In this document: in pieces, positions 55,815-64,000 of the stretch
How the letters are laid out: each line of letters opens with the position of its first letter
How positions within the stretch are numbered: the stretch's first letter is position 1
Assembly: GCA_035716185.1 (NCBI GenBank)
Contig: DASTJZ010000172.1
Location: 16,031-80,030 of the forward strand
Direction: 5' to 3'
Source of the DNA: Candidatus Dormiibacterota bacterium
GTDB taxonomy: Bacteria > Chloroflexota > Dormibacteria > CF-121
DNA length: 64,000 bases
The notes under the pieces: model-generated
What the model was told of the DNA's origin: nothing
The model's database searches: none
What the model saw: the letters and a program-made list of their open reading frames with translations, nothing else
Program-made: the position numbers and the translations under genes

Positions 55815-56858
55815 TCAGGCCGCGACACGAATGTCACCTCCCTGTGAAGGGGTGAGGCGGTCTCGCCAGCGTCCCTGCTCGAGCAGACCGATGCTGGCCA
55901 GGTGCGCCTGCCAGGGAAACCCGGGCGGGGCCGTGAGCGTCGTGGTCGGTGTGGTGATCGCGAACGGAAAGCGCTCCTGGGCGCGGCGTAGCCCATCCTC
56001 GATGAAGGCGAACCGCCCGGCCAGCGCCAGGGTCGTGGCCGGACCAATCGATACGTCCGGAGCGGCCCCCCGCATGAATTTGACGAGGGCGTTGAGTGAC
56101 ATGGCGAGCTCATCGAGCTGGGCCTCGACGTCGTCGGGGGAGGCGTCGACCTGAAAAGTCCGGAAGAAGCGTGGTCGCCCCTGCACCATCAGGACCAGCG
56201 TCGCTTCGACGGCGCCCCACTCCAGCACCAGCCCATCGGTGGGGCCGGCGCCGCGGGCCAGGGCCAGCGCTTTGAGGTCCATGCGCTCGACTCGCAGCCC
56301 GGCGCCGGCGAGCGCTCCAACCAGGGCGTCGATCATGTCGCGCCGGGCCGCCACCAGGTAAACCGCGAAACCTTGCCCGTCGCGGATCGCGTGCCAGGCG
56401 AAGTACACATCGGCTGCCGCCATCGGGATCAGGCGGCGGCCTTCGAACATGACGGCGCGGCTGAGCTCGCTGGATGGCATGGGCGGCAGAGCGAAGTCCC
56501 GATACGCCGTACCGGTTTCGGCGATGGCCACCCGGGCCTTCGTGGCGGTAAAGCCGCCCGCCTCGATCGCGCCGCGAATCACGGCGGTCAGCAACGGGGT
56601 TGGCATGCCGTCCACCAGCGCGCCATCCGGCAAGAGCACCTCGGCGTGGCGCACCAGATGACGCCCGTCGGCCTCGAGCAGCCGGAGCTCACGCGCTCCC
56701 AGGTCGAGAGCGAGCCGGGCGGCTACTGGAAGGCCTCCCAGTTGACTGCCCAGCTCGCCTTCTTGCCGGCGTTCGATGACGAGATCTGGGCGTTCAGCTT
56801 GCGGTTGGCGCCACTCGCCGTCACCGCGACGGTATAGCTCGGCTTGTTGGCCTTGCAT
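55815..56858 (-). CDS. pilM: Type IV pilus assembly protein PilM (actin-like ATPase fold)
   Basis: The N-terminal region reads LALDLGARELRLLEADGRHLV...LPDGALVDG. The C-terminal region is consistent with PilM. There is no canonical start near the expected N-terminus. The ATG at 56858 implies a 135-nt overlap with the upstream pilX-like gene. Confidence 0.6.
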   Translation of the reverse strand: MQGQQAELYRRGDGEWRQPQAERPDLVIERRQEGELGSQLGGLPVAARLALDLGARELRLLEADGRHLVRHAEVLLPDGALVDGMPTPLLTAVIRGAIEAGGFTATKARVAIAETGTAYRDFALPPMPSSELSRAVMFEGRRLIPMAAADVYFAWHAIRDGQGFAVYLVAARRDMIDALVGALAGAGLRVERMDLKALALARGAGPTDGLVLEWGAVEATLVLMVQGRPRFFRTFQVDASPDDVEAQLDELAMSLNALVKFMRGAAPDVSIGPATTLALAGRFAFIEDGLRRAQERFPFAITTPTTTLTAPPGFPWQAHLASIGLLEQGRWRDRLTPSQGGDIRVAA

Positions 56859-57169
56859 CCAACGACTGGCGTGATCGTGACGGTGTCCGTGATTGAGGTC
56901 GAGCCGTAGCTCAGAGGAAAGTTCGTGGCGGGGGTTGGGTTGCAGCCGGAGCCCTTGGCGGCCGAATCATTGATTTCGATGGCATAAGCCAGGCCGGCGT
57001 CGAGCGCATACGTGCTCCTGGTGTCGGCTTTGACGCTGGCCAGGTCGAGGAACGCGCCGCTCGCCAGCCACAGCCCCGCCGAGATGAGCAGCAAGAATGC
57101 GGCGACGAAGGCGAGGACGATCAACAACGCCTGTCCACGTTGTTGCACGAGGCGAGGCGCGGGCATCAC
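56723..57169 (-). CDS. PilX-like minor pilin (PilX N-terminal domain)
   Basis: It begins MMPAPRLVQQRGQALLIVLAFVAAFLLLISAGLWLAS. It overlaps the upstream gene by 4 nt. Confidence 0.6.
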   Translation of the reverse strand: MMPAPRLVQQRGQALLIVLAFVAAFLLLISAGLWLASGAFLDLASVKADTRSTYALDAGLAYAIEINDSAAKGSGCNPTPATNFPLSYGSTSITDTVTITPVVGCKANKPSYTVAVTASGANRKLNAQISSSNAGKKASWAVNWEAFQ

Positions 57170-57630
57170 AGGCAGCCTCCCCGTCGATTACTCACGTTGA
57201 GCGTCGATACGGTCGCGCCGGTGGCGGATGGTTGGATCTGGGCCGTCGCGTAGCAGCCGGAAACGGTGATCACCACGCTGGTGATGCCCCGCGCGGCGAC
57301 CCGCGCCGAACCGCTCACGGTGCGGATCAGGTTGTGGTTGGCGTCGACGCTATAGACGACGGTCACTGCCGGCGAGCCGTAGGTGAGCGTCACCGTCTTG
57401 GTCGTACTGATGGTTCCCGCCGCCAACGCATTGGCGCTTTCGAGATCGCGTACCAGGCTGAGGCTGGCCTCGCTGACACCGGTGTCCGCGGCGATGATGC
57501 GCGCCTCGGTGCTGATCGTCCGGTAGCCGACCAGGAAGGTGCTGATCATCACCAGGCTGACGATGGCGAAGATGGCAATCCCGACCATCGTCTCGACGAG
57601 TGTGAATCCGCCCTGTTGCTGGCGGGTCAC
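57166..57630 (-). CDS. Pseudopilin / minor pilin (prepilin-type N-terminal domain)
   Basis: It begins MTRQQQGGFTLVETMVGIAIFAIVSL. Confidence 0.7.
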   Translation of the reverse strand: MTRQQQGGFTLVETMVGIAIFAIVSLVMISTFLVGYRTISTEARIIAADTGVSEASLSLVRDLESANALAAGTISTTKTVTLTYGSPAVTVVYSVDANHNLIRTVSGSARVAARGITSVVITVSGCYATAQIQPSATGATVSTLNVSNRRGGCL

Positions 57631-58001
57631 GGCTCCACCTTCAGGAAGTCAAGTTGTTGGCTGGCGTTGTTAGGACCCTTGACGGTGAGGATGATCTCCT
57701 GCAGACCGTTGTCAGTGAGCGCGGTAAAGGTCTTCAAAGCGGGGTCATAGAACTTCACCTGGTAGCTGAACGTGTATCCGGCGGCGGGGAGGTTGCTGTA
57801 GGTCGCAGCTGTCGAGTAAGCCTGGCTCTTGATGTACTCGGCGTCCGAGCGAGTCAGCCGGTCCAGGGCCGTGAGCTGGGCGTGCCGGGTCGCCGCGATC
57901 GTCGTTGCGGAGAAGGCACTCAGGATCGAGACCACGATGACCCCGAGTAAGGCCACCGCGATCAAGGTCTCGAGGAGGGTAAAGCCCCGCTTGCTGCTCA
58001 T
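57627..58001 (-). CDS. Pseudopilin / minor pilin (prepilin-type N-terminal domain)
   Basis: It begins MSSKRGFTLLETLIAVALLGVIVV and is 124 aa. The track ORF over-extends to 58547. Confidence 0.7.
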   Translation of the reverse strand: MSSKRGFTLLETLIAVALLGVIVVSILSAFSATTIAATRHAQLTALDRLTRSDAEYIKSQAYSTAATYSNLPAAGYTFSYQVKFYDPALKTFTALTDNGLQEIILTVKGPNNASQQLDFLKVEP

Positions 58002-59221
58002 TTCAGCGCGCCGACCAGTCCGTACATCGCGGAGATCAGTGAGACGGCGATGAAGCCGACGACGATCGCCACGGCCACCGTCATCACCGGTTCGATCAGC
58101 GACGTCATCGTGCGAATGCGGAAGTCCAGTTCTTCCTCGTAGAACTCGGCGGCCTGCTCCAGGTAGGTATCCAGCGTTCCGGTTTCTTCGCCCACCCGGA
58201 CCATCTGAGTCAGCATCGGAGGGAAGAGATGGGTCCGGATCAACGGCCCGGCAAATCCGTCCCCGCTCGTCATCTGCTCCTTGACCGTGGTCAATCCGCG
58301 CTGAAAGACGCGGTTGGCGGTACTGGCGATAACCGCCTCGAAGGTTTGTCCAAGGGGGACGCCGGCCTTCAGCACCATCGCCAGCGTGCGGGCGAACCGG
58401 TTGAGCACGGCGGAAAGCACAATGGGGCCAAGGATGGGCGCCTTGATCGAGAGCTGATCCCGGGCGTATTTGCCCCGTTCCGTACGCAACACGAGCACGA
58501 CAGCGCCGACCAGCGCCAGGATCGCGGCGCCAATCATCAGCGCCCACCTGGTGATGAACCCAACGACGCCGATCAGGATCCGCGTTGGCAATGGCAGCTC
58601 AACGCGAAACTCGGCGAAGATCCGGACGAACGCCGGCAACGCAAAGACGACCAGGATGATGACGACCGCCGTCGCGACGACGAGGATGACGGTCGGATAG
58701 ATCATCGCGGCGCGAACACGGCGAACCGTATTGAGGTCGCGCCGCAAGTAGACCGCCAGCTCGGTGAGGGTCGCCTCCAGGTTACCGGTGAGCTCCGCGA
58801 CGCGGACCAGGTCCACATACAGGGTGGGGAAGACCTTGGGGTGCTTCGCCAGCGCCTCGGAGAGATTCTGGCCGCGCTCGAGATCATCGAGCACCGCCAG
58901 GATGACGCGCTTGAAAAGGGGTGAAGCCGTCTCCTCCGCGATCGTTCCCAGCGCCCGGCTCATCGGCACGCCGGCGCCCACAAAGGTTGCGAGCTGGCGG
59001 GTGAAGAGGATGATGTCGGCTCGCGAGATCTGGTACAGCGATGGAAAATAGTCGGCCATCGTCTTCTTCGGCGCTGCCGGCGTGAGGCGAATGATCTTCA
59101 GGCCCTCGAGCCAGAGCGCCTGCTCGGCGGCCGACGTCCCCTCCGCCTCGATCACGCCGTCGCGCCGCTGCCCCGCCTCGGTATACGCCCGATACGCGAA
59201 GCTAGCCACTTCGGTCCTCAC
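57998..59221 (-). CDS. pilC: Type IV pilus inner-membrane platform protein PilC (GspF family, two T2SSF domains)
   Basis: Length is 407 aa with duplicated GspF domains and 3 TM regions. Confidence 0.85.
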   Translation of the reverse strand: MRTEVASFAYRAYTEAGQRRDGVIEAEGTSAAEQALWLEGLKIIRLTPAAPKKTMADYFPSLYQISRADIILFTRQLATFVGAGVPMSRALGTIAEETASPLFKRVILAVLDDLERGQNLSEALAKHPKVFPTLYVDLVRVAELTGNLEATLTELAVYLRRDLNTVRRVRAAMIYPTVILVVATAVVIILVVFALPAFVRIFAEFRVELPLPTRILIGVVGFITRWALMIGAAILALVGAVVLVLRTERGKYARDQLSIKAPILGPIVLSAVLNRFARTLAMVLKAGVPLGQTFEAVIASTANRVFQRGLTTVKEQMTSGDGFAGPLIRTHLFPPMLTQMVRVGEETGTLDTYLEQAAEFYEEELDFRIRTMTSLIEPVMTVAVAIVVGFIAVSLISAMYGLVGALK

Positions 59222-60929
59222 TGATGTGCACCGAACGCACCACCTCGGCGATGGTGGTCACTCCTTCGTCGATCCTGGCGATGCCGCCCGAGCGCAGCGC
59301 CGTCATCCCCTCGGCGGTGGCCAGCGCCCGCACCACCTCGGGGGAGGCATTGCGCAACAGGAGCCGTTTGATTCCCTCGGTCATCCGCATGACCTCGAAG
59401 ACGCCGATGCGCCCGTAGAAACCCGTGTGAGCGCAGTAGGCGCAGCCCGTCCCTCGCTGGAATGCCGTTCCTTCGCCGCCCAACGAGCGGTAAAAGGCGA
59501 GCTCCTCGGGGGCCGGTTCGTACGGTCCGGTGCACTGCGGGCAGACCCGGCGCACCAGGCGCTGGGCCAGCACGCCGATCACCGCCGACGTCACCATGAA
59601 GGCTTCGATGCCCATCTCCAACATGCGGTACATCGCGCCGATGGCGTCCGTGGCGTGCAGGGAGGAGAGCACGAGGTGGCCGGTGAGCGCCGATTGGACC
59701 GAGATTTCCGCGGTCTCCTTGTCCCGGATCTCGCCCACCAGGATGGCGTCTGGGTCCTGGCGCAGCACCGCGCGTAACCCGTTGGCGAAGGTGATGCCCG
59801 CCAGCTTGTTGATCTGAATCTGGTTGACGCCCTCGAAGGTGTACTCGACCGGGTCCTCGATCGTCATGATGTTCCGCTCCACGTGGTCGAGCTCGTTGAG
59901 GGCGGCATAGAGCGTCGTTGTCTTACCGCTGCCGGTCGGTCCCGTCACCAGGATCATTCCGTAGGGTGACTGGACCAGCCCACGAAACGTTTGCAGGCCC
60001 GCCGGCGAAAAGCCCAGCGTGTCGAGGCTGAGAATCGAGCGAGAGCGTTCGAGCAGGCGCAGCACCACTTTCTCGCCCCAGATGGTCTCGATGGTCCCGA
60101 CGCGAATGTCCAGCGGCCGCCCGTTCACAGTGGTCTGGATCTGTCCATCCTGGCTGTGACGCCGATCGACGATGTCGAGGTTTGCCAGCAGCTTGACGCG
60201 CGAGGCGATCGGGGCCGCCAGCGTTGCCGGCAGCCTGGTTGCATCGTGGAGGACGCCGTCGATGCGGAAGCGGACACGCAGGTGGTCCTGCTGCGGTTCG
60301 ATATGGATGTCCGAGGCGCGTTCTTCGGCGCCCTGGGTGATGATCAGATCGACGATCTGCACGACCGGGGCATCCTGTTTGACGTCGCTCAGGCGTCTCG
60401 CAGACGTGCCCGGCTGGAGGGTCTCCTCAAACGAGCGCACGTGGCGATCGACGCCCGTACGCAGCTTGTAGGCCTGCGTGATCGCGAACTCGATCTCGGA
60501 ACGCACGCCGAGCAACGGCTTGATGCGTTTCCGTGTCAGCACCTTGAGTTCGGCGAAGAGGGCCAGGTCGCCGGGATCAACCGTCACGACTTCGAGCTCG
60601 TCCTTGCTCAGGCGGATGGGAAGGATGGTGTGCTCGCGCGCGTACGCTTCGGGAATCAGGGCCAGCGCATCCTTCTCCACGCGTGCCCGGGTGAAGTCGA
60701 CCTGCGGCACGTTGAAGTGCAGGCTCAGCACCGCCGCCAGCGCCTTCTCGTCGACGAGCCCCTCGCTCAGCAGCACCTGCCCCAGCGGGAGCCGCAGCCG
60801 TTTCTGATCGGCCAGGGCGCTTTCCAGCTGCTCAGCCGTCAGCAGACCGTTTTCGAGCAGCAGCTCACCGAGTCGCTTCTCCTGACGGAGGCCAAACCGC
60901 TCGATCGGCTGGCGCTCCACGGCACTCAT
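59202..60929 (-). CDS. pilB: Type IV pilus assembly ATPase PilB (GspE family with N-terminal GSPII_E_N domain)
   Basis: Walker A is GPTGSGKTTTLYAALNEL. A tetracysteine motif is present (CPQC...CAYCAHTG). Length is 575 aa. Confidence 0.9.
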   Translation of the reverse strand: MSAVERQPIERFGLRQEKRLGELLLENGLLTAEQLESALADQKRLRLPLGQVLLSEGLVDEKALAAVLSLHFNVPQVDFTRARVEKDALALIPEAYAREHTILPIRLSKDELEVVTVDPGDLALFAELKVLTRKRIKPLLGVRSEIEFAITQAYKLRTGVDRHVRSFEETLQPGTSARRLSDVKQDAPVVQIVDLIITQGAEERASDIHIEPQQDHLRVRFRIDGVLHDATRLPATLAAPIASRVKLLANLDIVDRRHSQDGQIQTTVNGRPLDIRVGTIETIWGEKVVLRLLERSRSILSLDTLGFSPAGLQTFRGLVQSPYGMILVTGPTGSGKTTTLYAALNELDHVERNIMTIEDPVEYTFEGVNQIQINKLAGITFANGLRAVLRQDPDAILVGEIRDKETAEISVQSALTGHLVLSSLHATDAIGAMYRMLEMGIEAFMVTSAVIGVLAQRLVRRVCPQCTGPYEPAPEELAFYRSLGGEGTAFQRGTGCAYCAHTGFYGRIGVFEVMRMTEGIKRLLLRNASPEVVRALATAEGMTALRSGGIARIDEGVTTIAEVVRSVHISEDRSG

Positions 60930-61117
60930 GCGACCTCCACCACGCCGCCTTCGAGCTGGCGTCGGATCTCCTGCAGCATCGCCGGCGTGAAGCGCAGATG
61001 CCGGCCAGGCGTTCGGAACGCCGGCTGGATGTCACCGCGGTTGACGGCGCGGATCAGGGTCGACTTGCTGATCCCAAGCCAGCGTGCGGCCTCACTGGTC
61101 GAAAGCGCCGGCTTCAT
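60926..61117 (-). CDS. Excisionase-family helix-turn-helix DNA-binding protein (63 aa) embedded in the pilus operon
   Basis: The sequence MKPALSTSEAARWLGISKSTLIRAVNRGDIQPAFRTPGRHLRFTPAMLQEI fits the MerR-like excisionase HTH. The RBS GGGAG lies 4 nt upstream. The stop overlaps the pilB ATG (ATGA). Confidence 0.6.
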   Translation of the reverse strand: MKPALSTSEAARWLGISKSTLIRAVNRGDIQPAFRTPGRHLRFTPAMLQEIRRQLEGGVVEVA

Positions 61118-61209
61118 GGAACTCCCTAACTGGAGCAAACGTGTCAACCGCCGCGAACTTTCAGGTAGGGTGCAGGGCGCTTCTGCGCCCCGCGCTTTCG
61201 CGCTTTGAG

Positions 61210-62298
61210 TTACGCGGCTAGCCGGCGCAACTCTTCGGGATGCTGGGCTCGAGCGGCGGCGGTATTGAAATCCACCAGGCCCGCCCTGATGAGATCGCTG
61301 AGGCTGCGCTCCATGGTATTCATGCCTTCTTTGAGGCCGGTCTCGATCACGTTGCGCAGCTGGCGCGTCTTGCCTTCCTTGATCAGATTCTGCACGGCGA
61401 TGGTGTTGAGCAGGACCTCGAAGGCGGCGACCCGTCCCGGTCCATCCCGGCGCGGCAGCAGCTGCTGATAGATCACCGCCGCCAGCGTGTTCGACAGCTG
61501 CACTCGAACCTGTTGCTGCTGCTCAGCGGGGAAGACGTCGACCATCCGGTCGACGGCCTGGGTCGTATCGTTCGTGTGCAGGGTGGCCAGCACCAGGTGA
61601 CCGGTTTCGGCCACGGTAATCGCGGTGGCGATCGTCTCCAGATCGCGCATCTCGCCGATCAGGAGTACGTCGGGCGTCTGGCGCAAGGCGGCCCGAAGCG
61701 CCTCGGCGAATGAATTCACATCCGCCCCGACCTCTCGTTGCTCGACAATACTGCGCTGATGCCGGTAGACATACTCGATCGGGTCCTCGATGGTGATGAC
61801 GTGGCAGGGGCGGTTGGCCACGATGTCGCTGACCATGGCCGCCAGGGTGGACGATTTGCCCGAACCCGTGGGCCCCGTGACCAGGATCAGCCCCTGGCTG
61901 AGTCGGGTGAGGCCGCGCACCACCATCGGCACTCCGAGCTGGTCGTAGTTTGGAATCTGATAGGGGATCAATCGCAGGGCCAGCCCGACCGAGCCGCGCT
62001 GCATGAAGGCGTTGATGCGAAAGCGCGCCTCCCCTCGCCAGTTGAAGGAGAAGTCGAGGTCACGATCTTCCTGAAACTTCTTCCAGCGGTCGGCGGACAA
62101 CAGTTCGCGCGCCATCTGCTCGATCTGTTCCGGGCGCAACGGTTCCGGGGCGATCGCGACCAGGGCGCCGTCCTTGCGCATGGTCGGCGGGGCGCCGGCC
62201 GACAGGACGAGGTCGGACGCCGCCTGCTCGAGCAGAACCCGAAGGTAGGCGTCGATCATCGGTGGCTGCGGCTCCACGTGCTGGCCAGGAGGCGCCAT
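61210..62298 (-). CDS. pilT: Twitching motility ATPase PilT
   Basis: Walker A is GPTGSGKSSTLAAM. The PilT-type motifs are also present, in the order VLLIGEMRDLET (Walker B) then TGHLVLATLHTN (His box). Length is 362 aa. Confidence 0.9.
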   Translation of the reverse strand: MAPPGQHVEPQPPMIDAYLRVLLEQAASDLVLSAGAPPTMRKDGALVAIAPEPLRPEQIEQMARELLSADRWKKFQEDRDLDFSFNWRGEARFRINAFMQRGSVGLALRLIPYQIPNYDQLGVPMVVRGLTRLSQGLILVTGPTGSGKSSTLAAMVSDIVANRPCHVITIEDPIEYVYRHQRSIVEQREVGADVNSFAEALRAALRQTPDVLLIGEMRDLETIATAITVAETGHLVLATLHTNDTTQAVDRMVDVFPAEQQQQVRVQLSNTLAAVIYQQLLPRRDGPGRVAAFEVLLNTIAVQNLIKEGKTRQLRNVIETGLKEGMNTMERSLSDLIRAGLVDFNTAAARAQHPEELRRLAA

Positions 62299-62708
62299 TG
62301 CTAGACATCCTGTGCAACCTGCTCGGCGCGGCCTTCTTGCTTCCGCTGGGGATGGCGCTGGGCAGCTTTTTCGAATTGGTCCTCGATCGGGCGCCGCGAG
62401 GCGAGTCGATCCTCTGGCCGCCTTCCCACTGCCGGACCTGCAGCCACCGCCTGACCGCCGATGAACTCGTGCCGGTGGTGAGCTACCTCGTCCAGCGCGG
62501 CCGCTGCCGTGCTTGTGACACCCCGATCGGCCGGGGAGTTCCGATTCGCGAGGGCTTCAGCGGGTTGGCGCTTAGCGTGCCCTGGCTCGTCACCGGTTGT
62601 GCCCACCCGGTGTTTTCGCTGGTCGGCGGGGTGGTTGTGCTGGTCGGCATCTGGATCGTTCGAGCCCTCACCCAGGGCCGTCGGTCGCCGGCTGCCAGAA
62701 GCAATTAA
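62298..62708 (+). CDS. Stand-alone prepilin peptidase N-terminal (DiS_P_DiS / zinc-binding) domain protein, lacking the A24 peptidase domain
   Basis: The region GSFFELVLDRAPRGESILWPPSHCRTCSHRLTADELVPVVSYLVQRGRCRACDTPI matches the PilD N-domain with its two CxxC pairs. There is no downstream Asp-box peptidase domain. The RBS AGGAGG precedes a TTG start. Confidence 0.5.
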   Translation: MLDILCNLLGAAFLLPLGMALGSFFELVLDRAPRGESILWPPSHCRTCSHRLTADELVPVVSYLVQRGRCRACDTPIGRGVPIREGFSGLALSVPWLVTGCAHPVFSLVGGVVVLVGIWIVRALTQGRRSPAARSN

Positions 62709-62740
62709 GGTCGCAATCGCTCGTTTCTTCGGTAACGACC

Positions 62741-63601
62741 GTGAAACTGGCAGGACCACTTCTGCACGGGGCGCTCGGCATTCGTCGAATCGTTGGGCTC
62801 GCCCTGTTGCTCACCGCCGTCGCGGCAGTCGCCTACCTCGAACGTGCCGTCGGCGGCACCTTCGACCTGCGCCTGCTGTATTTCGTGATCGTCCTCTATG
62901 GGGCGATCCTGCTCCCCCGGATGCTCGCGCTCGCCATTGCCGCGGGCGTCGCGGTGGTGAGCACGGGCATCAGCGGCGTCGAAGGAACCAGCCTGATTGT
63001 CAACGGCCTCACCAGGCTCTTGATGTATGCCTATGCTGCGCTGCTAACCAATAACTGGGAGCAGGAGCGCCGCCGCCTGATGCGGATGAGCCGGGTCGAC
63101 GAGCTGACCGGGCTCTACAACCTGCGCGCGCTGAAAGAGCAACTGCCGACCCGGCTCGGCCCCGCGGCCCGAACGGGCCGGCGGATGGCCGTCTTGATGA
63201 TGGATATCGACGGGTTCAAGACCGTCAACGACCGCCTCGGACACGGGGTCGGGAACGAGTTGCTGAAAGAGGTTGCGAACTTACTCCGCTTTGCCGTCCG
63301 CGTCGGCGACGAACCCTTCCGATTCGGCGGCGATGAGTTCATCCTGCTGCTCTCTGACGCCGACCCCGACGGCGCGATGATTGTGGCGACGCGGATTCAG
63401 GACATCTATCGATCGATGGGGCAGACACTGCGGGGGACGGAGGTCAACGTCACGTTCAGCGTCGGCATGGCGATCTTCCCCGACGATGGCGCTACGCCGG
63501 ATGCCCTTCTGGCCCGCGCCGACGAGGCGCTGTACGAGGCCAAGCGCACCGGGCCGGGCAATATTGCCCGCTACAAGCGCCCGGCCGAGGCCGCAGCTTA
63601 G
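62741..63601 (+). CDS. Membrane-anchored diguanylate cyclase (GGDEF domain)
   Basis: An N-terminal 4-TM region is followed by LTGLYNLRAL...RFGGDEFILLL. It has a GTG start. The track ORF from 62597 over-extends. Confidence 0.8.
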   Translation: MKLAGPLLHGALGIRRIVGLALLLTAVAAVAYLERAVGGTFDLRLLYFVIVLYGAILLPRMLALAIAAGVAVVSTGISGVEGTSLIVNGLTRLLMYAYAALLTNNWEQERRRLMRMSRVDELTGLYNLRALKEQLPTRLGPAARTGRRMAVLMMDIDGFKTVNDRLGHGVGNELLKEVANLLRFAVRVGDEPFRFGGDEFILLLSDADPDGAMIVATRIQDIYRSMGQTLRGTEVNVTFSVGMAIFPDDGATPDALLARADEALYEAKRTGPGNIARYKRPAEAAA

Positions 63602-64000
63602 GGCCGGCAGGTAAAGGGCTGCGGCGTTACGGCGTAGCTGGGATTCGTGAAGACCAGCTGCTCGGTGCCCGACGAGGCCGGCGTCCAGCTGTCGGTCACG
63701 GTGAAGTGTGCGTTCGCATCTCCAGCCGCCACCACCACGCTATAGGTCTGGCTGACCACTGTGCCATTGCTGTCCTTTCGAATCCAGTAGTAGGTCACGG
63801 TCCCGCCGGGCCCGTTTGCCAGCATCCGGAATGTGCCGGTCGCCGTGACGGTGCCCAGCTTGCATTTGGTCGAGGCGTTGACGTTCATGCTCACGTTCTC
63901 ACTTGCTGACTGGAAGGCGAAGGGTGCGGGAGTCGGCGTGGGCGTCGGTGTTGGGGTAGGTGTCGGTGTTGGCGTCGGAGTGGGTGTGGGTGTCGGCGTG
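63598..64000 (-). CDS. Secreted protein with (Thr-Pro)n linker and C-terminal ~100-aa Cys-bracketed beta domain (3'-terminal part; start outside window)
   Basis: The frame stays open upstream of the track's GTG and encodes (TP)x13-APFAFQSASENVSMNVNASTKCKLGTVTATG...PQPFTCRP. Confidence 0.5.
   Translation of the reverse strand, partial: TPTPTPTPTPTPTPTPTPTPTPTPAPFAFQSASENVSMNVNASTKCKLGTVTATGTFRMLANGPGGTVTYYWIRKDSNGTVVSQTYSVVVAAGDANAHFTVTDSWTPASSGTEQLVFTNPSYAVTPQPFTCRP
63925..64000. repeat. Tandem hexanucleotide repeat (ACNCCN)n encoding a Thr-Pro linker
   Basis: On the plus strand it reads GGCGTCGGTGTTGGGGTAGGTGTCGGTGTTGGCGTC.... Confidence 0.6.

Noticed and set aside
57097-61208. Plus-strand ORFs 57097..57750, 58229..58924 and 59991..61208 across the pilus operon
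   Set aside because: They are antisense to PilC/PilB/pseudopilin genes that have clear family motifs.

Overview
This is a gene-dense, high-GC (roughly 65-70%) bacterial chromosomal segment with about 75 protein-coding genes. Many spurious antisense ORFs appear in the six-frame track because of the GC bias. Adjacent genes are often translationally coupled through TGATG, ATGA or GTGA overlaps. No rRNA, tRNA, CRISPR array or mobile element was recognised. Gene content suggests a monoderm, Terrabacteria-type organism (Chloroflexota- or Actinobacteria-like). Supporting signs are a MarP-type CvpA-protease fusion, a sortase, a secretin-less type IV pilus operon, LLM-class flavoenzymes, and lepA-hemW-hrcA-grpE-dnaJ synteny.

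Main content, in order along the window:
- glcE (5'-partial) and glcF, followed by a formyltransferase paralog.
- An IscA/ErpA iron-sulfur carrier gene.
- A single-domain response regulator and a trypsin-like protease.
- hpt and a CPBP family protease.
- A fused LLM-oxidoreductase::MenA prenyltransferase gene, divergent from menG, followed by pgsA.
- A BMP-family nucleoside ABC importer operon.
- A ketopantoate reductase gene and plsY.
- A sensor histidine kinase, then thioesterase and acyl-CoA dehydrogenase genes.
- A BchD-like/BchI-like AAA+ chelatase pair.
- A tiny acidic-protein transcription unit.
- lepA-hemW.
- A DsbA/FrnE-like gene with an in-frame TGA exactly at the first Cys of its CxxC motif, making it a selenoprotein candidate.
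- hrcA-grpE-dnaJ behind a CIRCE-like element (no dnaK between them), then a small membrane protein, ferredoxin and a CvpA::S1-protease gene.
- An AI-2E transporter gene.
- A tightly coupled operon: USP-USP-(PCP_red)x6 protein, ABC ATPase, ABC-2 permease, cytochrome bd-like subunit, small TM protein, Rieske protein, cytochrome b, and a second cytochrome bd-like subunit.
- Aldose epimerase and pdxH.
- cpaF and a sortase.
- Two two-component systems.
- nth and pfk.
- Two HD-GYP/GGDEF c-di-GMP proteins.
- A complete monoderm-type pilus operon (pilT-HTH-pilB-pilC-pseudopilins-pilX-pilM-pilin) with an embedded excisionase-type HTH gene.
- A truncated PilD N-domain gene.
- A membrane GGDEF protein.
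- The 3' part of a PT-linker secreted protein.
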